Shown here: positions 8,224 to 16,621 of the stretch, piece after piece | Numbering within the stretch: the first letter of the stretch is position 1 | Layout of the letters: each line of letters starts with the position of its first letter | Source of the DNA: Cylindrospermopsis raciborskii Cr2010 | GTDB taxonomy: Bacteria; Cyanobacteriota; Cyanobacteriia; Cyanobacteriales; Nostocaceae | Direction of reading: 5' to 3' | Assembly (NCBI RefSeq): GCF_003367075.2 | Contig: NZ_CP065936.1 | Coordinates: forward strand, 750,001-782,000 | DNA length: 32,000 bases | The notes under the pieces: model-generated | The model's database searches: none | Seen by the model: the letters and a program-made list of their open reading frames with translations, nothing else | Told to the model about the DNA's origin: nothing | Program-made: the position numbers and the translations under genes

Positions 8224-10899
8224 ATGTTAAAAAAAACTGCCAAATGTGATAAATCCATGATTTTTCCTGAGCAACCGCAAAGCCGTAACCAATTAGACAA
8301 AAATCTACACAGCAGCGGCGCATCCCTATTATTACAAGCTAATGAACCCAAATCTTACCATAGCAATTTAAGCGTTTCTAATGAAAATCTAGCAAGACAA
8401 GGTGACATCCAGGCTATATCGCGATACTTAAGCGAAAGTCTAAGTTCATTAGGTGTTTCAGTAGAGGTAAAAAGCAAACCTCTAAAATTTAATGTGGGTT
8501 CACAAACCAAGATGAACCAAGAGGGCGATCGCCTATGGGTATTTTGTCAATCTACCTACAGTCATGATCCTGAATTACTAGCGGAACCAATCGCCCAGAA
8601 GTTACGCCATTTGAACCTAGAAAATTACGGGGATGCACTAATTGTATCTCAAGTTCTAGGGGAAACGAATCCAGACTGGTTGTTAAGGGTAGATCTAACT
8701 TTGGCAGAAACCATGGTTCAAGAGTGGGCCCGCTGGGGAGATCTAGAAGCAATTGATCGCCTGCTGAACCAGTCCCTATCAAATTTGGGGGTTTCCGTTA
8801 CCATTTCTTTGCAAAAATTTACCCTACATATATTTTGTTATCCCACTGGTCTGCTGAAAAATCCACCTGAAAAGGAGGAATGTTTGCCCATAATTGCCAA
8901 TCAATTGGGGAACATTGGTCCCCAGGGCGTACTATCAGCTACCGTATATGGGCAATCAGCCAAAGAAGCACAACCAGAATGGATAGACTGGTTGTCTTTA
9001 CCTGCTGCGGAAAATACAAAGTTGTCTACCCCAACCAAAGAACTAGCAGCATCAGGAGACCAAGGGGCAATAATTTTCCTTTTAGAACGTCTACTTAATC
9101 ATGATATAGATTGGCGGTTAAGAACGGGGGGAATTCGTATTCTTACCTTGCAAAAAGGTAACATATTACATATTATGTGTGACGCCACTACCTGTCCACC
9201 CCAAGAACAGGTAGCTGACAAAGTAACTGAATTTGCACAACAAATTAGAGCGATCGCTGGTGTGAGAATCTATGGTCGTCGCGCAGGTGACAGGGATCCC
9301 CTTTGGCGTTATGGTGTCAACTTTCCTGGGACTAATCAAGCACTAACGGAAGAATTAGTTTTAGTAGACACACCAAAGTTTGCCTCAATAGTGGAGTATA
9401 AAGAATATAGAGAATATAATAGTAGTTTAGTCAATTATCAGCCCAGTAGTAACTTAACTACATATATTTATAGTGATAGTGGGATCGAGGTAGAAGAGGA
9501 AAGTGAATATCGATCCATAGGTCTTCATCAACAAATAAAAGACTTAATAAAAAAGTTACTTTTAACAACTCAAGTATTCATACCAATCCAAAATCAAAGA
9601 GATATAGATCCAAAAGCAAAGGGAATTTCAGCCGGGTTTTTGTGGTTAGTTTTAGGAATAATCTTAATTATCCAAAGCGATTGGCTTTTAGGGAATTTAA
9701 CCATGATTAGACAACAATCCCAAGGGACAAAACATAACCAACCCAAAGATTTAAAATTATCTAACAGTTCCGATTCTTCCCCCAGTTCCAACACTTGGGT
9801 ATTGAGTCAACATAATCAAGTTTCATTAGAAGACTCTTCTATGAACCTGCCAAGTTTTAATGCCAAGCAATTAGATGCACAATTAGCACTATATAGAAAA
9901 CGATTAAAAACAGATGGCAAACCACCAGATATATTGATCCTTGGTTCTTCTCGTGCATTACGGGGTATTGACCCATCAGCTATTGGTCAGACCCTAGCTA
10001 GTCGTGGCTATCCAGAAGTTAGCATTTTTAATCTAGGGATTAATGGATCCACTGCTCAAGTGGTAGAATTTGTGATTTGCCAAGTCTTGACACCTGCGGA
10101 ATTGCCAAAAATAATTATTTGGGGAGACGGTTCCAGAGCATTTAACAATGGTCGTCTAGATATAACTTTTAATGCTATTGCTGCTTCCCAGGGATATAAG
10201 GAGGTATTAAAAAGAGCCAATGAACGAAAAATGAATGAAAACTCATCTGTAGCAAATAAAAGCTCTACAGAAAATAACATTACCAATATTACTGAAATTA
10301 ATAGCCAACAGGTAGCAAATGAGATATTAAATGAGTACTTAGCCAATTTATCTTTAGGTTATCAAAAGCGTGAAGAAATCAAGAAATTATTTTTCGATAA
10401 CCTGAATAATTTAGACCTAATTAATAACTATCAAAAGAATAATAACTCCCCAGGTGCAGAAAGCAATATTAATCAATTTAATGGATTTTTACCCATATCC
10501 ATAAAATTTGATGCTAAAACTTACTATCAAAAGTATCCTAAAGTGTTTGGTGCTTACGATAGTGACTACAAAGATTTTCAGCTAGATGGCATGCAACACA
10601 ACGCATTAAATTCTATTTTGCAATTCACACAAAAACAACAGATACATCTAATTTTCATTAATATGCCATTAACAACAGACTATCTAGACTCCTTCAGGTC
10701 TAAATATGAGCGAAAATTCAAAAGATATATGTTAGGTAATGCTAGAGAGAATCCCAATTTCACCTACGGTGATTTCAGTCGCACCTGGAAAGAAATTGAT
10801 GAATACTTTTCTGATCCCAGCCATCTGAACCGCTATGGAGCCCATGAACTCTCCCAGAAATTAGCTACTGATATGATCATCCCTTGGTTGAAGAAATAA
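8224..10899 (+). CDS. membrane protein: three tandem ~100-aa N-terminal domain repeats, one TM segment, C-terminal SGNH/DUF1574-like (AlgJ/AlgX/PatB-like) domain
   Basis: Repeats each begin with a 'GD..AI..LLN..L' helix and contain 'L.I.C' strands, at about residues 67-170, 178-270 and 285-378 (numbered from the track start 8191). TM segment 'GISAGFLWLVLGIILIIQSDWLLG'. C-terminal blocks 'ILILGSSRALRG', 'IIIWGDGSRAFNNG' and 'DPSHLNRYG' resemble SGNH blocks I, III and V. The stop abuts the MBOAT start. The start is uncertain: TTG 8191, ATG 8224 or ATG 8257. Confidence 0.75.
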   Translation: MLKKTAKCDKSMIFPEQPQSRNQLDKNLHSSGASLLLQANEPKSYHSNLSVSNENLARQGDIQAISRYLSESLSSLGVSVEVKSKPLKFNVGSQTKMNQEGDRLWVFCQSTYSHDPELLAEPIAQKLRHLNLENYGDALIVSQVLGETNPDWLLRVDLTLAETMVQEWARWGDLEAIDRLLNQSLSNLGVSVTISLQKFTLHIFCYPTGLLKNPPEKEECLPIIANQLGNIGPQGVLSATVYGQSAKEAQPEWIDWLSLPAAENTKLSTPTKELAASGDQGAIIFLLERLLNHDIDWRLRTGGIRILTLQKGNILHIMCDATTCPPQEQVADKVTEFAQQIRAIAGVRIYGRRAGDRDPLWRYGVNFPGTNQALTEELVLVDTPKFASIVEYKEYREYNSSLVNYQPSSNLTTYIYSDSGIEVEEESEYRSIGLHQQIKDLIKKLLLTTQVFIPIQNQRDIDPKAKGISAGFLWLVLGIILIIQSDWLLGNLTMIRQQSQGTKHNQPKDLKLSNSSDSSPSSNTWVLSQHNQVSLEDSSMNLPSFNAKQLDAQLALYRKRLKTDGKPPDILILGSSRALRGIDPSAIGQTLASRGYPEVSIFNLGINGSTAQVVEFVICQVLTPAELPKIIIWGDGSRAFNNGRLDITFNAIAASQGYKEVLKRANERKMNENSSVANKSSTENNITNITEINSQQVANEILNEYLANLSLGYQKREEIKKLFFDNLNNLDLINNYQKNNNSPGAESNINQFNGFLPISIKFDAKTYYQKYPKVFGAYDSDYKDFQLDGMQHNALNSILQFTQKQQIHLIFINMPLTTDYLDSFRSKYERKFKRYMLGNARENPNFTYGDFSRTWKEIDEYFSDPSHLNRYGAHELSQKLATDMIIPWLKK

Positions 10900-12408
10900 A
10901 TGAAATTTACATCTGTTCTCTACGGTCTATTTCTAGTAATTGTTCTGATCACTTACTGGAATATTAAGCAATCAAAATTTCGTCTGTGGACAATAATTAT
11001 TTCCAGCATAGTTTTTTACGCCTCCTGGGATGTGCAGTATATACCACTAATGGTAGTTCTAACATTTATTAACTTTCGCCTAGGGTTAGAAATTGCCGAA
11101 AACTCTGCCTCAAATAATTACTCAAAGAAAAACAACAACAACCAAAATTCAGACCAAGATATAAAAAATATAGAAGCTGACTGGAATCCTAACAGGCTGA
11201 AAATTTTAGCTTTAGGTATTTGTTTAAATGTAGGCTTATTATTAGTTTTTAAATACTCGACCATTCTATCCCAATGGATATTGAGGTGGGATATCACCCT
11301 AGAAAATGCCAGTTTCAAGTTAGGTATTCCCCTAGGAATTTCATTTTTTACATTTGAGAATATAGCTTACCTTATAGATGTTTATCGAGGAGTACCCCCA
11401 GCTGATAACCTATTAAAATTTGCATCCTACAAATTATTTTTTCCCAAACTAATTTCCGGACCAATTACCCGCTATCATCAAATATCTTGGCAATTTGATC
11501 AGACAAAAATTAACCATATTCACATACGGACAGAAGGTTTATGGTTAATTGCCAGAGGTGCGGTGAAAAAAGGAGTTTTAGCCGACAATTTAGGAATTTT
11601 CGTAGAATTATGTTTTAACAATATACAAAGAGCAGGTAGCACAGATCTATGGTTAGCTACTTTCGCTTATGGTTTTCAACTATATTTGGATTTCAACGGT
11701 TATGTAGATATTGCCCGTGGTAGTGCTTTACTACTTGGTTTAGTATTACCAGAAAACTTTGATTTTCCCTACTTGAGTAGCAGTATTGCCGATTTTTGGC
11801 GTCGTTGGCATATCACCCTAGGTGATTGGTTACGTAATTACTTATATTTTCCCTTAGGGGGTTCTCGTCGAGGATTATTACGTACCTGTGTTAACCTATT
11901 AATAGTCATGTTAATTGCCGGTATTTGGCATGGTTCCGCGTGGGGTTTTTTAGTGTGGGGGGGGTCACACGGTATAGCTTTATGTATTCATAGAGTTACA
12001 GATGTGGTCAGCAATAATTTCAAGATTTTACGTCTATTTTGGCATCATCCTCTAGGGATAATTTTGGCATGGTTATTAACTCAATTGACCGTATTTATTT
12101 CTTGGATTTGGTTTCGGTTACCTAGAATTGAAGATTCAGCATTAGTCATGGGAAATCTCTGGGGACACACAGCTGATGTACAATTTATTAAGAAGGTTTA
12201 TATGGAAGCTCTAAATACTAGTCCTAATCAGGTATTATGGGGGTTAATTTTAATATTTGTCGTCATGATTGTGGCTTATGTATTTAAACGGAAACTTCAC
12301 TTAGAACTCAGATGGCAGTTAAAACTGGTTTTTGTACCTCTATGTTTTTATGCAGTTTGGTTATTGGCACCTCAAGGAAGTTTGCCTTATATTTATTTTG
12401 ATTTTTAG
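10900..12408 (+). CDS. MBOAT family O-acyltransferase (AlgI/DltB/PatA-like)
   Basis: Multi-pass membrane protein with MBOAT hallmarks 'FWRRWHITLGDWLRNYLYFPLGG' and a His in 'IAGIWHGSAWG'. Its ATG directly follows the TAA of the upstream gene. Confidence 0.9.
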   Translation: MKFTSVLYGLFLVIVLITYWNIKQSKFRLWTIIISSIVFYASWDVQYIPLMVVLTFINFRLGLEIAENSASNNYSKKNNNNQNSDQDIKNIEADWNPNRLKILALGICLNVGLLLVFKYSTILSQWILRWDITLENASFKLGIPLGISFFTFENIAYLIDVYRGVPPADNLLKFASYKLFFPKLISGPITRYHQISWQFDQTKINHIHIRTEGLWLIARGAVKKGVLADNLGIFVELCFNNIQRAGSTDLWLATFAYGFQLYLDFNGYVDIARGSALLLGLVLPENFDFPYLSSSIADFWRRWHITLGDWLRNYLYFPLGGSRRGLLRTCVNLLIVMLIAGIWHGSAWGFLVWGGSHGIALCIHRVTDVVSNNFKILRLFWHHPLGIILAWLLTQLTVFISWIWFRLPRIEDSALVMGNLWGHTADVQFIKKVYMEALNTSPNQVLWGLILIFVVMIVAYVFKRKLHLELRWQLKLVFVPLCFYAVWLLAPQGSLPYIYFDF

Positions 12409-12669
12409 TGAGACATTTTAGTGATAAAATAGTGGGTATGGTTTTTCCCTCCATATCACCATCTGCCATGATCCCTCTCCCCCACTTTCAAATTTAAAGT
12501 CGTCATATTTATTAAACCTCTTGCTTGTTTTACACTTTGTCATACCATTATAGCTGATCTAATGATGAGTAGTACAGAAATTACGAAAATGGTTAAAACT
12601 AGGGAACCTGCCATGTCTAAGGTTAGACATTACAAGAAACCGAAAGGTAAGGGGGATTAATTGTCATTT

Positions 12670-13617
12670 CTAGTCTTCTTTAGACTCGCTAAACGTTCTA
12701 GGTGTGTTTTTTAAATTGAAATCAACCGCCATTAAATCAATACCATCAATAATTTTACTGGGTTCAGAAATTCCCAAAGCTGTAAAACATTTGTCTCGAT
12801 AATTGGGGTGATTTTGGAAAAAGAGTATCGCTTTTTTTAAAGGTTCAATTACAGGATAAGCTGATTGAGCCTTCTCAATAGCTGCTTGAGGAATAGGGAA
12901 ACTGAGCCTTTGAATAGCCAAATCAATTAAATCTCTCGACTCTACTGAAGAATCATTCCATCTGTCAGAATTAGCCAAAAGTTTTTCTGCAAAACTGTCA
13001 ATTTGATTTAGGCATGGTACAGGTGACCAACTAGGATAGTCTGCTTCTCCTAGTTCAATATGTCCTTCCATAATTATTTCAAATTTAATCAGGGTTTCAT
13101 CAACAATAATGGCAAATCTTATTCCATACTGATCGGCTTTAATTTCCCCGGGTAAGTTGAGATTATTTTGATTTTTAAAAAGGGCATTATATTGATTTTT
13201 AGCTATTTTTTGTCGTAGTAATCGGTAGCCAGCACCAGTGGAACAGAGAAAATCTATATCCTTGCTTAATCTATATTGTCCATGATTTAAACTAACCAGA
13301 GTTCCACCGCCAAAATATGCACCACACTCTAATAAAAAATTAGTGTTTAATTGTTGAAGAACATTTAAAATTTTTTGATGAAATTCCCTCTCAAACATTT
13401 TCGCTCCTAACCATGAATGATAATATTGAGCTAATTGTTCCACAAATAAGGCTTCTGTATGGCTCAAGTTTGCTAAAACTCCCCGGTAATGCCACCCTCG
13501 CTCATATATTCTTAGCATTTCTAAAGGAGTAAGATTTTTTATATCTTCTCTTTGCCAAGATAATTTTTTTAAAAACGGTAATTTTTCTGGAGTTTGAATT
13601 TGGGGTTTAATTAACAT
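12670..13617 (-). CDS. nucleotidyltransferase of the AbiEii/AbiGii (DUF1814) toxin family with a ~73-aa N-terminal extension
   Basis: Pol-beta NTase signature 'FGGGTLVSLNHGQYRLSKDIDFLC' about 30 aa after the internal Met74 (ATG 13398). Overall length and layout are AbiEii-like. The residue 1-73 domain is unrecognised. Confidence 0.7.
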   Translation of the reverse strand: MLIKPQIQTPEKLPFLKKLSWQREDIKNLTPLEMLRIYERGWHYRGVLANLSHTEALFVEQLAQYYHSWLGAKMFEREFHQKILNVLQQLNTNFLLECGAYFGGGTLVSLNHGQYRLSKDIDFLCSTGAGYRLLRQKIAKNQYNALFKNQNNLNLPGEIKADQYGIRFAIIVDETLIKFEIIMEGHIELGEADYPSWSPVPCLNQIDSFAEKLLANSDRWNDSSVESRDLIDLAIQRLSFPIPQAAIEKAQSAYPVIEPLKKAILFFQNHPNYRDKCFTALGISEPSKIIDGIDLMAVDFNLKNTPRTFSESKED

Positions 13618-13664
13618 TTATATCTATTTATCATTATCAAAAACATTAATAAAATCCTGAATAA

Positions 13665-13710
13665 GCGTAACCTATGCGGGCGTTGGGTTTCATGCTTCAA
13701 CCTAACCTAC
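13665..13710 (+). repeat. Nostocales-type short dispersed repeat with hairpin potential (copy A)
   Basis: 'gcgtaacctatgcgggcgttgggtttcatgcttcaacctaacctac'. About 38 of 46 positions match the reverse complement of 20458-20503. It contains the GTTGGGTT...AACCTAAC inverted motif. Confidence 0.7.
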
Positions 13711-13866
13711 GTTCATCCTATACTTAATTCCACTCACTTACTTTGAGATCAAATATCCAAAATTATATTACTTTCAGAAGCATTAGATTATCAATAGTAC
13801 AAAATATGTTATTTTTTATATCAGTGGGAGACTTCATTTTGGCGTTCTCGGTTTTGAGGACGCTGA

Positions 13867-14514
<648 letters not shown>

Positions 14515-14536
14515 TAACCAATACTGGTAAATGAAA

Positions 14537-14564
14537 AGCTCCTCACCTGGTGGGGGGCTTTTTT
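14537..14564 (+). terminator. rho-independent terminator downstream of the psbA remnant
   Basis: A 10-bp stem (agctcctcac / gtggggggct, including G-U pairs) with a 3-nt loop, followed by a run of six T. It lies 23 nt after the psbA stop. Confidence 0.7.
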
Positions 14565-14713
14565 CATAGAGTAACATCAGGGATGGGTTCATCCTCAAGT
14601 GTTGCGCCTTTTTGACTTAATAGGGTTTCCTACACTGGGAACAAAATACAGATAAATTTTCCATTCCCACAAGCTTTGATAGAATAAAAATAAATCGAGC
14701 AAAGGTAACTTTT

Positions 14714-15493
14714 ATGGCAACCCTACTCAGTGAAAGTAAATCACAGACGGGACTGGTTATCTCATGGGAAGCGTTACCCGATGATTTTCAACTAGAGGAT
14801 GAACCAGTGGACAATATAGGACAACCACTTTTAGCAGGTGCTTTATGTGAAAGTTTAGAAATCAGTGGTTTTATTCAACCACAGATGTTAATTGCTGCTA
14901 ATTTTGCTTTATGTGCCACATTAAATGCTCAATTTATCGCTAAAGCACCAGATTGGCTATATATACCTTCAGTTAAAGAAATATTGCCAGGACGCAAAAG
15001 CTATACACCCCATTTAGAAGGGGATATACCGGCTTTGGTTATGGAATTTTTGTCAGATAAAGAAGGCGGAGAATACTCATTTAAACGTACCTATCCGCCA
15101 GGAAAATGGTTTTTTTATGAACAGATTTTGCAAGTTCCTATTTATATCATTTTTGATCCAGATGGAGGATTATTAGAATATTATCAACTGGAAGATGAAC
15201 GTTATGAATTAAAGCAACCAGACGAAAATGGTCGTCATTGGATTAAGTCAATGGGACTATTTTTAGGAACTTGGCAAGGTACAAAAGAAGGACGTACTGG
15301 CTATTGGTTGCGATGGTGGGATAAAACAGGTAATTTGTTACCTTGGGCTTTAGAACTGATTGAACAGGAACGCCAACGAGCAGAGCAGGAACGCCAACGA
15401 GCAGAACAGGAACGTCAGGAAAAAGAAAGGTTAATAGCTTACTTGCGATCGCAAGGAGTTGACCCTAATAGTTTACCTAATCATGCCAAGTAA
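14714..15493 (+). CDS. Uma2 family (DUF820) PD-(D/E)XK-like endonuclease with a C-terminal EQERQRA heptad repeat
   Basis: Family-typical blocks 'PDWLYIPSV' and 'IPALVMEFLSD...GKWFFYEQILQVPIYIIFDPDGGLLEYYQL'. The C-terminus is 'EQERQRAEQERQRAEQERQEKERL'. Confidence 0.8.
   Translation: MATLLSESKSQTGLVISWEALPDDFQLEDEPVDNIGQPLLAGALCESLEISGFIQPQMLIAANFALCATLNAQFIAKAPDWLYIPSVKEILPGRKSYTPHLEGDIPALVMEFLSDKEGGEYSFKRTYPPGKWFFYEQILQVPIYIIFDPDGGLLEYYQLEDERYELKQPDENGRHWIKSMGLFLGTWQGTKEGRTGYWLRWWDKTGNLLPWALELIEQERQRAEQERQRAEQERQEKERLIAYLRSQGVDPNSLPNHAK
15362..15424 (+). repeat. 21-bp tandem repeat (3 units) inside the Uma2 gene
   Basis: gaacaggaacgccaacgagca / gagcaggaacgccaacgagca / gaacaggaacgtcaggaaaaa. 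Each unit encodes one EQERQRA-like heptad. Confidence 0.9.
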
Positions 15494-15633
15494 ATTGGCT
15501 ATGTAAATGTAGGCGGAACTTATCTAACATTTTGTCATCCCATTCATTAGGAACAGATACAAGAGAGTTGTTGAAAAATAAGGGATAATAATCAAGCAGA
15601 CAGGTGATATTAATGAAGTTGTGGGGAATTATT

Positions 15634-15697
15634 AAATGCGATCTCCCAAAGGGAGTGCTGCGCAATCGCCCCTAGGGAATGCTTCCCAATCGCATTT
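15634..15697. repeat. structured intergenic repeat (closing stem AAATGCGAT/ATCGCATTT around two mini-hairpins)
   Basis: 'aaatgcgatCTCCCaaaGGGAGtgctgcgcaatcgcccctaGGGAAtgcTTCCCaatcgcattt'. The outer 9-bp arms are complementary and there are two internal 5-bp hairpins. It resembles the repetitive intergenic elements of Nostocales. Confidence 0.5.
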
Positions 15698-15741
15698 ATA
15701 TCCCGTAGGGTTGTTGGGTTATTAAACCCAACCGATAAACA

Positions 15742-15793
15742 TACCTATCCGCAGGGAAAATGGTTTTTTTATGAACAGATTTTGTTCGTTCCT
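15742..15793 (+). pseudogene. 52-bp fragment of a second Uma2-family gene
   Basis: Matches 15088-15139 of the intact Uma2 gene with 5 mismatches. It encodes 'YPQGKWFFYEQILFVP' versus 'YPPGKWFFYEQILQVP'. There is no surrounding ORF. Confidence 0.8.
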
Positions 15794-15822
15794 AAACCTA
15801 ACCTATCAGATTGGCGATCGCA

Positions 15823-16620
15823 CTACAACAAGGGGTTATGTGTTTCTTGAGAACCTGATTTATTAGAAAATAACATTTCACATACTAATGGCAAACCCAA
15901 CTCCAACTCTTCTAATAATCTCCGCTGACCAAATACATCATGAGGACTTCCTTCCAGCATTAATTTTCCTCTATCCATCACAAAAACCCAATCCGCCCAC
16001 CTGTAAACTAAATCTAAATCATGAGTTGCCATCACTAATGTAGTTCCATGTTGATGGATTTTATTCAGCATTGCTATCAAATTACGAGTCTGTTTAATAT
16101 CCAGATATGCGGTAGGTTCATCCAACAATAATAATTCGGGTCTTAGTACCATGACATCTGCTATGGAAACCCGCTTTTTTTGCCCTAAACTCAGATGATG
16201 AGTGGGTGTTTGTGCCAAAGTAGTTAGCTCAAATTCTATCAATACTTCCTCTACCCGCTGTTGAATTTCTACCACTGGTAAACCCAAATTACATAAACCA
16301 TAAGATATATCTTCTTCAACAGTAGCAGCTACTAGTTGTTGTTCTGGATTTTGAAAAACCAATCCAACTTTCTGTCTTAATCTACCCAGATAATTTCGGT
16401 TGTAAGTTAATGGTTCACCACACCAACTGACAACCCCACGATTGGGTTTATATAACCCATTAGCTAGTAATAAGAGTGTTGTTTTTCCACAACCATTCTG
16501 ACCAATTAAGGCACACTTCTTACCTGATGGAATTCTCAATGTTAGACTATTTAAAGCCAATTGTTGAGATTCCATATAACTGTAATATACTTCCTTAAAC
16601 TCTAGTAGATATTCCCGCAT
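15823..16620 (-). CDS. cbiO: ECF (cobalt/nickel) transporter ATP-binding subunit
   Basis: Walker A 'GQNGCGKTT', signature 'LSLGQKKR', Walker B 'LLLLDEP'. Last gene of a cbiM-N-Q-O array. Confidence 0.9.
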   Translation of the reverse strand: MREYLLEFKEVYYSYMESQQLALNSLTLRIPSGKKCALIGQNGCGKTTLLLLANGLYKPNRGVVSWCGEPLTYNRNYLGRLRQKVGLVFQNPEQQLVAATVEEDISYGLCNLGLPVVEIQQRVEEVLIEFELTTLAQTPTHHLSLGQKKRVSIADVMVLRPELLLLDEPTAYLDIKQTRNLIAMLNKIHQHGTTLVMATHDLDLVYRWADWVFVMDRGKLMLEGSPHDVFGQRRLLEELELGLPLVCEMLFSNKSGSQETHNPLL

Positions 16621-16621
16621 T

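Noticed and set aside
8552-10346. Short ORFs inside or antisense to the 900-aa gene (8552-8782, 8880-9098, 9594-9794, 10056-10346) and 11118-11318 in the MBOAT gene
   Set aside because: They are embedded in long, well-supported coding frames and have no independent evidence.
15477-15665. 62-aa minus-strand ORF
   Set aside because: TTG start. It is translated straight through the structured intergenic repeat and the Uma2 3' end, which is typical of repeat-derived pseudo-ORFs.
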